From: Gemmatimonadota bacterium
Lineage (GTDB): Bacteria; Gemmatimonadota; Gemmatimonadetes; Longimicrobiales; Gaopeijiaceae
Direction of reading: 5' to 3'
Assembly (NCBI GenBank): GCA_034521595.1
Contig: JAXHMG010000003.1
Coordinates: forward strand, 1,568,001-1,632,000
Length of the DNA stretch: 64,000 nt
Shown: positions 10,300-20,407 of the stretch, piece by piece
Numbering within the stretch: position 1 is the stretch's first letter
Layout of the letters: every line of letters starts with the position of its first letter
The notes under the pieces: generated by a model
Told to the model about the DNA's origin: nothing
Database searches by the model: none
The model's input: the letters and a program-made list of their open reading frames with translations, nothing else
Made by a program: the position numbers and the translations under genes

Positions 10300-11754
10300 T
10301 CACGCCACACCGAAGGCCGGCCACCAGGTGGCGAGCGCGAAGCCCACCAGGACGAGAGCGAGGACGACCATCAGGGAGGCCATGAGCCCCATGACGGCCA
10401 TCGTTTTCAGATTGATGCCGAAACCGGCCGCGATGGCGGGGCCGCCGGACGAAGACGGAAGAATGAAGCCGCAGTTTCCGATGGCCGTCACGATATAGAC
10501 GAACGGAACGGGGTTCAGCCCGAGCGTCTCGAACGTGCTGATGGTGATGGGAACCACGATGGCGATCGCGGCCGTGTTGCTCGTCACCTGCGTCAGCACC
10601 GTGGTCAACGTCGCGAAGACGACCACCGCCACGAGGCCCCCGCCGCCCGCGTAGGGGACCAGCATGCCCGCGAACGCTTCGGCGGCTCCGGACGCGTCGA
10701 GGATCCTTCCCAGCGCGATACCTCCGGCGAACAGGTAGAAGAGGCCCCAGTACATGTTCGCCTGGGCGAACGGCCAACTGATGAGGGGCCCCCTCCTCGT
10801 ACGAATGGCGAAGCTCAGCACGGCCATCGTCACGAAGGCGAAGGCGGGCGTGAGTCCGGGAATCAGCTGTGCATAGAAAGGCCGAGCGAAGGCGAGGACC
10901 GCTGCGGCGGCGAAGAGCCCGAGGCCCCACCGCTCTTCCAGCTTCATGGGCCCGAGCTTGTCCAGGGCGTCCCGAACGTAGTCCTTGGAGCCCGGCAACG
11001 CCGCCACGTCGGCCCGCATCGCGTAGCGAAGGAACAGGGCCATCAGCACCACCACCACCAAAGTGAGCGGCACCATCCGCACCACCCAGGTCAGGAACAG
11101 GAACTCCCGGCCCGTGATGGACTCCTCGATGAAGCCGACCGTGAGCAGGTTGGGGGCTCCGCCGATCGGTGTCGCGGCCCCACCCGCGCTGGTCCCCCAC
11201 GCGACCGCGAGCACCAGGAGCGTCCCGATCCGGCTGTCCCATAGATCCTCGATGCCGATGGAGCGCAGCATGGCGACCACGATCGGTATCATGGTCGCGG
11301 CCACGATCGTGTTGGGCAGGATTCCCGACAAGCCGGCCGCCACGAGGAACCAGACCAGGACCTGACGCGTGGTGCTCGTGCCCACACCCAACAGCGACGC
11401 CAGCCCTACACGCTGATCGAGCCCCCACCGCACCCATACGCTCGTCAGGATGTTCGCCCCGAGGAGCAGAAGGATCGTGTCCTGCGCATAGGACGTCGCC
11501 ACGCGGTCCATGGGCGCCAACCCGAACACCGCCGCGACCGGAATCGGGAGGAGCCCCGTCACCGCCAGATGCACCGGGCGCGTGATCCACCACCAGGCCA
11601 TCCAGACCAGGAGCCCCATCGCCCCACGCACCTCGAGCGGGAGATCTCCGAAGGGAAGGGCCGCCAGGATCAAGAAGGCGAACGGCGCCCCGAGCAGGTG
11701 CACGGCGCTCACGCGCTCGGTGAGGTCTTCGGGGGTCTCCTCGCGCTCGTTCAC
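10300..11754 (-). CDS. SLC13/DASS family anion:sodium symporter
   Basis: Many TM helices; ATPIGGAPN; VTSNTA motif; GGAGG 6 nt before GTG 11754. Confidence 0.85.
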   Translation of the reverse strand: MNEREETPEDLTERVSAVHLLGAPFAFLILAALPFGDLPLEVRGAMGLLVWMAWWWITRPVHLAVTGLLPIPVAAVFGLAPMDRVATSYAQDTILLLLGANILTSVWVRWGLDQRVGLASLLGVGTSTTRQVLVWFLVAAGLSGILPNTIVAATMIPIVVAMLRSIGIEDLWDSRIGTLLVLAVAWGTSAGGAATPIGGAPNLLTVGFIEESITGREFLFLTWVVRMVPLTLVVVVLMALFLRYAMRADVAALPGSKDYVRDALDKLGPMKLEERWGLGLFAAAAVLAFARPFYAQLIPGLTPAFAFVTMAVLSFAIRTRRGPLISWPFAQANMYWGLFYLFAGGIALGRILDASGAAEAFAGMLVPYAGGGGLVAVVVFATLTTVLTQVTSNTAAIAIVVPITISTFETLGLNPVPFVYIVTAIGNCGFILPSSSGGPAIAAGFGINLKTMAVMGLMASLMVVLALVLVGFALATWWPAFGVA

Positions 11755-11918
11755 ACCCAACCTCCATCGCGGAGCGATTCCGTGTCCGGCCGGCCGTGAG
11801 CGGCTGACGCGGCTGCAGGGACGACGCGGTCAGGATAGGGGACGCGACAGGCCCGGGAAAGCGTCACGGTGTGCCGTGCCGCGGGAGGCCGTCTCCATTC
11901 GGTCCCGGGGACGCACCG

Positions 11919-13367
11919 TCAGCGGGACGGGGTGGCGCCTCCCCGCTCTGCCCGCGCGGCTTCGATCTGCGCCCGAGCCCGGTCGAGTTGCTCCAGCACG
12001 GCCCGCTTCGACGATCCTCCCCGACCATCGCGCGACTCGAGCGAAGCATCCCAGTCGAGAGACGGCGGGTCGGTGGCGAACCGTTCGTCCGCGTCCCGCA
12101 GCTCGGCAGGAGACAGCTCGGAGAGCGCAGCGCCCCTCTCCTCGGCCGTCCGGACGAGGCGCCCGACCGTCTCGTGCGCCTCGCGGAAGGGCACGCCCCG
12201 ACGGACGAGGTGGTCCGCGAGATCGGTGGCGAGCATCGCGGGATCGAGGGCGGCGCGCATGGCGTCGGGGCGGAACTCCGCGCTTCCCAGGGCCCCCTTC
12301 ATCGCAGGCAGCGTCAGGAGCAGCGTATCGACGGTGTCGAACAAGGGGACCTTGTCCTCCTGAAGGTCCCGGTTGTACCCCGTGGGCAAACCTTTCAGCA
12401 GCGTGAGCAACGTCGTGGCCGCGCCGATCAATCGGGCGCTCTTGCCCCGCGCGAGCTCAGCCACGTCCGGGTTGCGCTTCTGGGGCATGAGGCTCGATCC
12501 GGTGCTGTACGCATCGTCCAATCGGAGAAAGCCGAACTCGGCACTCGTGAAGAGAACGAGATCTTCGGCCAACCGGGACAGATGCACCCCGATCATGGCG
12601 CCGGCGTGGACGAAGTCACACATCCAGTCCCGGTCCGAAACGGCGTCGAGCGCGTTCTCGCTCACACGCCGGAACCCGAGCGCCCGGGCGAGCTCGTCCC
12701 GATCCACGGGGAACGGACACCCGCTCAACGCACCGGAGCCGAGGGGAAGCGTCGACGCCGCTTCGGCCGCCGCGTCGACGCGGTCCAGGTCACGAAGCAG
12801 CGCGAACAAGTGCGCGAGCGCCCACTGCGCGGCCCGCACCGGTTGGGCTCGCTGCAGGTGGGTGTAGCCCGGCATGACGTGATCGACCCCCGAGGCGGCG
12901 AGCTCGTGGAGGCCGGCACATAGGTCGAGCAACTCCTCGCGCACCTGACCGATCGCTTCCATCCCGTAAAGGCGCACGTCGGTGGCCGACTGGTCGTTCC
13001 GGGACCGTCCGGTGTGCAGCTTTCCGGAAACGGCGCCCACCTCCTCGCCGAGCATCCGCTCGACCACCGAATGGATGTCCTCCTCCGGAGCGTCGTCCAA
13101 CCCGTCCCGCTCGATCCGAGCGGCCACGCGACCCAGCCCGTCGAGGAGCGTGCGGACCTCCTCCTCGGTGAGCACCCCCGCACCACCCAGGGCCCGGGCC
13201 CATGCCTCGCTTCCGTGGATGTCTTCCCGCCAGAGTCGGCGGTCCACGTTCAGGCTCAGGTTGAGTCGCTCCATGGCGGGGGCCATTCCCCGCTCGAACC
13301 GGCCGCCCCATAGAGGAGCGTCCTCGACCGGCCGACGGTCCGCCCCTTCCCCGCGCCCGGAGCTCAT
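11919..13367 (-). CDS. argH: Argininosuccinate lyase
   Basis: LWGGRF, HTGRSRNDQ, PGYTHLQRAQP, GSSLMPQKRNPD, YNRDLQEDK. Confidence 0.96.
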   Translation of the reverse strand: MSSGRGEGADRRPVEDAPLWGGRFERGMAPAMERLNLSLNVDRRLWREDIHGSEAWARALGGAGVLTEEEVRTLLDGLGRVAARIERDGLDDAPEEDIHSVVERMLGEEVGAVSGKLHTGRSRNDQSATDVRLYGMEAIGQVREELLDLCAGLHELAASGVDHVMPGYTHLQRAQPVRAAQWALAHLFALLRDLDRVDAAAEAASTLPLGSGALSGCPFPVDRDELARALGFRRVSENALDAVSDRDWMCDFVHAGAMIGVHLSRLAEDLVLFTSAEFGFLRLDDAYSTGSSLMPQKRNPDVAELARGKSARLIGAATTLLTLLKGLPTGYNRDLQEDKVPLFDTVDTLLLTLPAMKGALGSAEFRPDAMRAALDPAMLATDLADHLVRRGVPFREAHETVGRLVRTAEERGAALSELSPAELRDADERFATDPPSLDWDASLESRDGRGGSSKRAVLEQLDRARAQIEAARAERGGATPSR

Positions 13368-14620
13368 TCCGTCCCCGTCGACGTCGGGCGTGCTTCCGAC
13401 GACGGACGGCCCGTTCCGGGATCCCGGGAGGACGCGTCCCGGTCGGCGGCTGCCCGGGTCGGCAACGAGAAGAGTCTGATGAACCCGCTCGCGTCCGCGT
13501 GGTCGTAGGTGGCCGCGGACTCGAAGCTCGCCAGGTCCTCCCGATACAACGATTCGGGGCTCCAGCGGCTCACGGGTCTAGCCGCTCCCTTGTAGAGCTT
13601 GAGGCGAACCGTGCCGGTCACGGATCGCATGAGCCGGTCCGTCATGTCGCTGATCGCTTCACGCTCCGGGGTCCACCACCGTCCTTCATAAAGGAGATCT
13701 GCCCAACGCTCCGCCATCTCGTCCTTCAGAGCCTCCGCCCTTCGGTCCAACGTGACGGACTCGAGGTCACGCAGGGCGGTGTGGAGGAGCGTGCCTCCCG
13801 GTGTCTCGTACACCCCACGGGACTTCATCCCGACCAGGCGGTTCTCCACCAGGTCCGCCCGCCCTACGCCGTGCCTCACCCCCACGTCGTTGAGACGCTT
13901 GAGGAGCGCGACCGCATCGAGCGGCTCTCCATCCACCGTCACCGGCGTGCCGGCCTCGAAGCCGACCTCCACGCGCTCGGGGGTGTCGGGCGCTTCCTCG
14001 GGAGCCGTCGTCCAGGTGAACAGATCGTTGCCGGGCTCGAACGCGGGGTCCTCGAGCGGTCCACCTTCGTGGGAGACGTGCCAGAGGTTCTCGTCGCGGG
14101 AATACAACTTTTCCTCGTCCACGTCACCCAGCGGAATCTCACGCGCCTTGGCGTAGGCGAGGGCGTCCGCCCGGGAGTGGATCTCCCACTCGCGCCAGGG
14201 AGCGATGACCCGCAGATCGGGCGCGAGAGCGGCGTAGGTGAGCTCGAAGCGCACCTGATCATTGCCCTTTCCCGTGCACCCGTGCGCCAGGGCGTCGGCT
14301 CCCACACTGCGGGCCACCTCGACCTGAGCCTTGGCCAGCAGAGGTCGCGCCATGGCCGTGCCCAACAGATACGTGCGTCCGTAGACCGCACCCACCCGCA
14401 GGGTCGGCCATACGTAGTCCTCGACGAACGCTCTCCGAAGATCCACTCCGTGAAACCCGCTCGCGCCGGACGCCGCCGCCTTTCCAGCCAACTCGTCGAC
14501 GCCGCCGCGCTGGCCCACGTCGCCGGCCATGCACACGACCTCGGCGCCGTACCGTTCACGGAGCCACGGGACGATCACCGAAGTGTCGAGCCCGCCGGAG
14601 TATCCCAGCACCACTTTCAT
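13364..14620 (-). CDS. argG: Argininosuccinate synthase
   Basis: YSGGLDTS, HGCTGKGNDQVRFE, ENRLVGMKSRGVYETPG. Confidence 0.96.
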   Translation of the reverse strand: MKVVLGYSGGLDTSVIVPWLRERYGAEVVCMAGDVGQRGGVDELAGKAAASGASGFHGVDLRRAFVEDYVWPTLRVGAVYGRTYLLGTAMARPLLAKAQVEVARSVGADALAHGCTGKGNDQVRFELTYAALAPDLRVIAPWREWEIHSRADALAYAKAREIPLGDVDEEKLYSRDENLWHVSHEGGPLEDPAFEPGNDLFTWTTAPEEAPDTPERVEVGFEAGTPVTVDGEPLDAVALLKRLNDVGVRHGVGRADLVENRLVGMKSRGVYETPGGTLLHTALRDLESVTLDRRAEALKDEMAERWADLLYEGRWWTPEREAISDMTDRLMRSVTGTVRLKLYKGAARPVSRWSPESLYREDLASFESAATYDHADASGFIRLFSLPTRAAADRDASSRDPGTGRPSSEARPTSTGTE

Positions 14621-14680
14621 ATCGTATCCCCGGGCTTCGGATGCGCCGGCATGAAACCGGCCTTCGGACGCACCGGCACG

Positions 14681-14740
14681 AAAAAAGAGGCCCGGGGGTC
14701 GGAAGACCGGTCACTTCCCGCCAAAGTGCCAGGGGGCCTC
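14681..14740 (-). terminator. Terminator-like structure in the argG 5' leader
   Basis: GAGGCCC (14740-14734) pairs with GGGCCTC (14693-14687), followed by T6; large structured loop. Confidence 0.5.
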
Positions 14741-14814
14741 ATGCCCCGAACTCCCGCCCCCGGTCCCCTTTCGTGGTCCCGTGGCGTGGCGTCGATGCCG
14801 ATGACGACGCGCGT

Positions 14815-14848
14815 TGGATAAATATGCACACTTCCTGCATTACGTCAA
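14815..14848 (-). promoter_or_regulatory. argG promoter with overlapping ARG-box-like operator
   Basis: TTGACG, 16-nt spacer, CATATT; near-palindrome TGCATATTTATCCA (14828-14815) resembles an ArgR box; argR is adjacent. Confidence 0.65.
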
Positions 14849-14852
14849 CCCG

Positions 14853-15299
14853 TCAGCGGGCCATCCGCTCGATTCGCTCCCGCACCGTGGTGAGGAACTC
14901 CTTCGAGCGCAGCACCAGCAGGATCGTGTCGTCCCCCGCCAACGTCCCCAACACCTCGGGCCATTCTTCCCAATCGATCCCGGCCGCCACCGTCTGCGCC
15001 CCCCCCTTCATGGTGCGGATGACGAGCAGGTGGTCGACCCCTTCGGCGCTGTGGAAGAGCGCCGGAAGCAACGACTCGAGGGGTGGCGTGCCTTCCCAGT
15101 CCTCCGGGAGCGCGTAGTGCGGCATGCCGTCCGCACCCGGAACCTTCACGAGACGCAATTCGCGGATGTCCCGGGACAGGGTGGCCTGCGTGACTTCGGT
15201 GCCACGCTCCAGAAGGAGCGCCCGCAAGCCTTCCTGGCTATTGACGCGGCGTTCCCTCAGGATCTGGAGGATCTCTTGATGGCGGTCGCGCTTGCTCAC
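14853..15299 (-). CDS. argR: Arginine repressor
   Basis: VTQATLSRDIREL, GTLAGDDTI. Confidence 0.95.
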   Translation of the reverse strand: MSKRDRHQEILQILRERRVNSQEGLRALLLERGTEVTQATLSRDIRELRLVKVPGADGMPHYALPEDWEGTPPLESLLPALFHSAEGVDHLLVIRTMKGGAQTVAAGIDWEEWPEVLGTLAGDDTILLVLRSKEFLTTVRERIERMAR

Positions 15300-15745
15300 G
15301 CGACGGCTTTCGCGGCCAGAGTCCTCAGCCGATCCGGCTCGAATCCCAGGCTACGCTCGGCCTCTTCGCCGTCCTCGAACAGGATGAGCGTCGGGATGCT
15401 GCGGATGCCGTAGCGCTCCGCCACCGCGGGTGCCTGATCCGTGTCGATCTTCACGACGAGCATCTTCCCCAGGTGCTCGTGCGCGAGCTCGTCCATCAAC
15501 GGCGCCACCATCTTGCACGGTGCGCACCAATCCGCGTAGAAATCGACCAGAACCGGTGCGTCGGCGGCGAGCACCGTCCGGTCGAAGTCGTCCTGCGTCA
15601 CCTTCACGGGCCGATCGAGGAGCATGGGCTTGCCACACTCCCCGCAGTGCGGACGGTCGGCGGCCCGGCCGATATCGATCTGGTTGAGCTTTCCGCAGAA
15701 ACCACACCGGACCTGGATTTCCTTACCGGATTCCTTCGTGGACAT
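15296..15745 (-). CDS. trxC: Thioredoxin 2 type (Zn-finger plus thioredoxin)
   Basis: CGFCGKLN...CGECG zinc motifs; WCAPC active site; IRSIPTL. Confidence 0.85.
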   Translation of the reverse strand: MSTKESGKEIQVRCGFCGKLNQIDIGRAADRPHCGECGKPMLLDRPVKVTQDDFDRTVLAADAPVLVDFYADWCAPCKMVAPLMDELAHEHLGKMLVVKIDTDQAPAVAERYGIRSIPTLILFEDGEEAERSLGFEPDRLRTLAAKAVA

Positions 15746-15854
15746 CGTCGTTCCTCGTCATTGTCGTCGTCATCGGCGGGCGCCTCCGGGGTCAAGTCCC
15801 GCCCCGGATCGCGATCCCGCTAATATGGCGGACCTCTCCTCCCGCGCTCGAGCC

Positions 15855-18644
15855 TCAGAAGAGCTCGTACCGAAGCCGTAGCATCGTCATTCGCCCCATC
15901 GTCGGGACCCCGACGAACGACCGGTAACCGGTATCGAACACATTGTTCACCGAGAGCTGAACGGTCGCGCGCGTGCCCGGAAGCTGGTAGCCCAGATTGA
16001 GGTCGAAGATCGCGTAGGCGTCCACGCAGGGCTCCTCGAACAGCCCTCCGGGTGCATCCGGGATACACGCCGTCCCGACGTACCCGGCGGATTCGGCGGG
16101 AAATCCGCTGGAGAACCGCGCGCGACCATTCGCCGTCAGCCCGGTCCGCACATCACGGTAGGCGAGTCCCAACGTGCCCTTGTGCTTGGGCGCGTTGAGG
16201 GCGATCGGCGCGCCACCCTCGATCTCGAAGTAGTCGTCGCTCACGAGCGAGTAGCTGCCGTTCAGCGTCCACCGGTCGGTCATGAACGCCTGCACCGCCA
16301 GATCCCCACCCCATAGGTCGAGGTCACCGACGTTCCGGTAGGTCACGATGAGGTCGGCGCCCCGCGCGGCCACTTCGTCGGACGAAACCACCCCGAGCGG
16401 GATCCGGGCCATGCCCTCGGCGAGCTGCTCGGCGGTGGCCTGTGCCGTGGCCGGATCCATCCCGCTCGCGATGAGCTGTGTGGCGATGTAGCTGCCCGTG
16501 TCTTCACCGTTGAGGTGCAGCAGGGGCGTCTGGACCTGGAGGGGAGACACGAAGTCGTTCCGGCGCATGTAGTATGCGTCGGCGGACACCTTGACCCGGC
16601 CGTCGAGCACGCCCGTCCAACCGACCTCGAAGGTCTCCGTATTGCTTTCCGCGATGCCGGGCACGTCCGGGATGCGCGTGCTCGAAAGCGGGGTCAGCTC
16701 CTGGGTGCTCACGTCGAACAACATGCGCTCGATATCTCCGTTCGACGGATCCATGTCACGCAAACTGGCCGCCGTCCCGGGATCGATCGCGCCCTGCGCT
16801 TCCAGCGCGCCGACCGCGAGCTGCCACATGACGGGGACGTCGGCATCGAGAAGCTGTGAAGCGCCCCCCAGCGCGGACGGCGTGAACGGCGAGCGCATGC
16901 CCCGAAGCGTCCCGTCCGGGTCCTGGAAGGAGTATCCGTCCTTGCCGGTGCCGTACGCGCGCGTGGTGTAGCCCAGCGAGCCGAGCGGCGACGGCGCCGC
17001 CCCACCCGAGATGTCCAGGAAGAAGTTGAGGCTCGAGGGGGTCGAGAACGCCCGGTTGTAGGTGAGGCGGAAGCTCTGCTCCTCGGCGGGGCTGAACACG
17101 AGCGCGGCCCGGGGCGAAAAGACGTCGTCGTCGAGCAGCGAGTGGGAGTCGAGCCGGGCCGCCAGGACGAGCTCGAGCATGTCCGTGAGACCGGTCTTCG
17201 ACTGCACGTAGGCACCCCACTCGTCGATGTCGTCCTCGTCCTCGTACGAGCCGTTGATGCTGCCCTCGGTGTCGGGACGGGTCGCGAAGTAGTCCAATCC
17301 GAAGGTGAAGTCCTGACGTCCATCGGCGAGCTCGAAGCCGTGTTGCACCTGGCTCACGAAGAGCGTCGACTTGTCGATGAGCGGAACGCCGTCACGGAGC
17401 AGATAGGTATCGCCGGCGTCACTCCGGTTGTAGTAGGCTTGCGTGAAGAAGCGCCCCTTGTTGAGTCGTGCCTGGAAGAAGTCGTAGACCCAGTCCCGGG
17501 TCTGTCCCGCCCCGAGGCCCGTCAGCTCGATGCCCGTCGCGCTGGTGCGCCCGTAGGTCCCGACCACCGTGCCGTCGTCGGCGAAGCGCCAGTCGGCGCG
17601 TGCTTCCAAGCCGTAGCGCTCGATGTCGAAATCGCGCACACCCACCCGGTTGCACGCTTCCTGAGCCTCGGCCGCGTCGAAGCCGCGGATCGCCTTATCG
17701 GTGAGACACGCGTCCGGGTTCTCGTCGGCCTGCCGGCGGGCGGCCTCCTCCGTGGGATCGGTATAGGGCCACTCGGTGCCCCGGAGGTACTGCCCTGAAA
17801 CCTTGAGCCCGACGTCATCGGACAGGAGGAACGCCGACCGGAACGTACCCTGGAAGAGGTCCCGCTCCCCACCCGCGACGGTCGCGGTGGTGCCCTGATG
17901 GTCGAGGGGCGACTTGGTCAGGATGTGCACGACGCCGTTCGCGGTGTTCGGACCGTAGAGCGCGGAGCCCGGCCCGAGCACGACCTCCATGCGGTCGACG
18001 TCCTCGTCGTTCGACGGAATGAAGTGCATGAGGTTCACGCGCAGGGACGGCACTCCCGCGAGCCGGTGGTCCGTGAGCATGTGCAACGAGCCCGAGAAGA
18101 TGTTGTTGAAGCCACGCACCACGACGTTCGTCGCCTGAACCCCCTGGTTGATCATGTCCACGCCCGGCGCGCCCTTGAGATGGTCGGCGAGCGTGGCGGC
18201 GGGCCGCTCGGTGATCTCGGTCGAGCTCACGTTGTAGGTCGTCGCGGGGGCCTCGGTCGATTTCTCGGGGGTCCCGCGCGAGGCCGTGATGACGAGCGCG
18301 TCGAGCTCCTGGGCTTGGGAGAGCAGGCTCATGTCCTGCTCCGTGGTCTCCCCCGCGATCACGGTCACGTCGTCGAACCGCGTCGTTCGGTACCCGACCA
18401 CCGTGACGACGAGGTCGTAGGACCCTTCGGCAAGCTCCAGTCGGTACCGCCCCTGATCATTGCTCAACGTACCCGTCGTCTGGGCGTCTCCGAGCACCTG
18501 GATCTGCGCGGCGGAGATGGGCGCACCCGTCTCCTGGTTGGTGACCACCCCGGTTAGCGTGCCTTGTTGAGCGGCGACAGGAGCGGCAGCTCCGAGAACC
18601 GCTGTCAGGACGAGCGCGAGACGTGGTGCCGTGAAGAAGGACAT
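15855..18644 (-). CDS. TonB-dependent receptor with N-terminal carboxypeptidase-regulatory-like domain
   Basis: Signal peptide; plug segment RMEVVLGPGSALYG; C-terminal VNNVFD...RLRYELF. Confidence 0.9.
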   Translation of the reverse strand: MSFFTAPRLALVLTAVLGAAAPVAAQQGTLTGVVTNQETGAPISAAQIQVLGDAQTTGTLSNDQGRYRLELAEGSYDLVVTVVGYRTTRFDDVTVIAGETTEQDMSLLSQAQELDALVITASRGTPEKSTEAPATTYNVSSTEITERPAATLADHLKGAPGVDMINQGVQATNVVVRGFNNIFSGSLHMLTDHRLAGVPSLRVNLMHFIPSNDEDVDRMEVVLGPGSALYGPNTANGVVHILTKSPLDHQGTTATVAGGERDLFQGTFRSAFLLSDDVGLKVSGQYLRGTEWPYTDPTEEAARRQADENPDACLTDKAIRGFDAAEAQEACNRVGVRDFDIERYGLEARADWRFADDGTVVGTYGRTSATGIELTGLGAGQTRDWVYDFFQARLNKGRFFTQAYYNRSDAGDTYLLRDGVPLIDKSTLFVSQVQHGFELADGRQDFTFGLDYFATRPDTEGSINGSYEDEDDIDEWGAYVQSKTGLTDMLELVLAARLDSHSLLDDDVFSPRAALVFSPAEEQSFRLTYNRAFSTPSSLNFFLDISGGAAPSPLGSLGYTTRAYGTGKDGYSFQDPDGTLRGMRSPFTPSALGGASQLLDADVPVMWQLAVGALEAQGAIDPGTAASLRDMDPSNGDIERMLFDVSTQELTPLSSTRIPDVPGIAESNTETFEVGWTGVLDGRVKVSADAYYMRRNDFVSPLQVQTPLLHLNGEDTGSYIATQLIASGMDPATAQATAEQLAEGMARIPLGVVSSDEVAARGADLIVTYRNVGDLDLWGGDLAVQAFMTDRWTLNGSYSLVSDDYFEIEGGAPIALNAPKHKGTLGLAYRDVRTGLTANGRARFSSGFPAESAGYVGTACIPDAPGGLFEEPCVDAYAIFDLNLGYQLPGTRATVQLSVNNVFDTGYRSFVGVPTMGRMTMLRLRYELF

Positions 18645-18790
18645 GGCGGGCCTCTGACCTGGTGGGTGACGCGGATATGCTCAGGAGAAAGCTGCTGGAA
18701 GCTAGTGCGCGACAGGGCCGGTGAGCAATCGGCTCGGTGCCGTCGCCGACGGGCTGGTCTCGTCGCCGTTCGTACGACATCATCCGGGGC

Positions 18791-19762
18791 ATGATCACCC
18801 AACCCTTCACGCTCGAGAACCTCCGCGCGGCGCATGCGCGTATCGCGGACGCGGTGCACCGCACCCCGCTCATCCACTCCCGAACGCTCTCCGAGCGCGT
18901 CGGGACTCCGGTTCATCTCAAGTGCGAAAACCTCCAGAAGACCGGCTCCTTCAAGGTACGGGGCGCACTCAACCGAATCGGCGCCCTCACGCGGGAGGAG
19001 CGGGACCGAGGCGTGATCACCATCTCGGCGGGCAACCACGCTCAGGCGGTGGCCTGGGCTGCCGACGCGGCGGGCGTCCGGAGCACCGTCGTCATGCCGG
19101 AGCGGGCGTCACCCACGAAGGTGCGGGCCAGCAGGGAGTACGGGGCCGAGGTCATCTTGCACGGGAACGCCGGGGCCGCGTTCCGCCGAGCGTTCGAGAT
19201 CGCGGACGAGCGGGGACTGGTGTTCGTGCACCCATTCGACGATCCGGACGTGGTCGCAGGCCATGCGAGCTGCATGCTCGAGATCCTCGATGCGCTCCCC
19301 GACGCGGCGAGCGTGGTGGTGCCCGTCGGGGGAGGTGGCCTCGCGTCCGGCATCGCCGTGGCCACGGCCGCGGCGGCCCCGAACGTCGGCGTGTGGGGCG
19401 TGGAGCCCGAGGGGGCGGCCGCCATGCACGCCAGCTTGGAAGCCGGCGAGCCCCTTCACCTCGATTCAGTGGATACCGTGGCGGACGGGCTCGGGGCGCC
19501 GATGGCCGGCCGGCTCAACTTCGAGATTCTGAGCGCGCACGCCCGAGGGGTCGTGCTCGTGAACGACGACGAGATCATCCATGCGATGCGCATGCTTCTG
19601 GAACGGACCAAGCTCCTCGCCGAGCCGGCCGGGGCGGCGGGCCTCGCGGCGCTCTTGGCAGGCCGCGTCCCCGTGCCCGAAGGACCGGTAGTCGTCGTCC
19701 TGAGCGGCGGGAACGTGGATCTCGAGCAGCTGGGCTCGATCCTGGTCTCCGAGACCTCCTGA
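18791..19762 (+). CDS. PLP-dependent threonine/serine dehydratase (catalytic domain only)
   Basis: KCENLQKTGSFKVRGA, SAGNHAQ, VPVGGGGL, LSGGN. Confidence 0.9.
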   Translation: MITQPFTLENLRAAHARIADAVHRTPLIHSRTLSERVGTPVHLKCENLQKTGSFKVRGALNRIGALTREERDRGVITISAGNHAQAVAWAADAAGVRSTVVMPERASPTKVRASREYGAEVILHGNAGAAFRRAFEIADERGLVFVHPFDDPDVVAGHASCMLEILDALPDAASVVVPVGGGGLASGIAVATAAAAPNVGVWGVEPEGAAAMHASLEAGEPLHLDSVDTVADGLGAPMAGRLNFEILSAHARGVVLVNDDEIIHAMRMLLERTKLLAEPAGAAGLAALLAGRVPVPEGPVVVVLSGGNVDLEQLGSILVSETS

Positions 19763-19841
19763 ACACCACCACCCCGGCGGCGCGAACGCGGGCTCGGTCG
19801 GTCCGGGACACGGCGGACCGCTGGAGACCGCCCGAGCCGCG

Positions 19842-20330
19842 CTACGACTCGTCCGGCTCGGGAACCACCACCTCGACGAGCTCGAGATCGAAGACCAGGA
19901 TGCCTTGCGATCCCCGAACCCCGTAGGCCAGCTCGGGCGGGATGACGATCTTACGCTCCCCTCCGACGCGCATGCCGAGCACGCCTTCGTCGAACCCGTC
20001 GATCACCTCGTCGTTGTCGACGGTGAACGTGAACGGGTCACCTACCTCGGTCGAATCGAAGGGCTCGCCGTTCCGTAGCCGTCCGAGGTAGTGGAGGGTG
20101 ACTTCCGCGCCCGAGGTGGCCTCGGCGCCGTCGCCTTCGACCAGATCCTGGTAGTAGAGACCGGACTCGGTTTCCGTCATCTGATCGAGATCGACCCCGA
20201 GCGACTCGTGGAACTCCACCTCCTCGATGACCTCGAAGGGAGGCGGCTCGGTCGGTGAGTCTCCGCATGCCGCCGTGGCCATGACCGCGGTCAACACCAC
20301 GGCGAACGGGCGTGACGCCCGTTTCGACAT
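19842..20330 (-). CDS. FKBP-type peptidyl-prolyl isomerase, probable lipoprotein
   Basis: Lipobox-like TAACG; HYLGRL, FDS, VIDGFDEGVLGMRVG, IPPELAYG. Confidence 0.88.
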   Translation of the reverse strand: MSKRASRPFAVVLTAVMATAACGDSPTEPPPFEVIEEVEFHESLGVDLDQMTETESGLYYQDLVEGDGAEATSGAEVTLHYLGRLRNGEPFDSTEVGDPFTFTVDNDEVIDGFDEGVLGMRVGGERKIVIPPELAYGVRGSQGILVFDLELVEVVVPEPDES

Positions 20331-20407
20331 CGTCTGCATGCGTCCGGCGCTCCTCGTAGGGGGAGTCTCTGGAACCCGGACACCACTCCGAAGGTCCGTG
20401 CTCATGC

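Noticed and set aside
14617-14829. 70-aa ORF overlapping the argG start
   Set aside because: Starts inside the promoter/ARG box, has no RBS or recognisable features, and runs through the terminator-like stem
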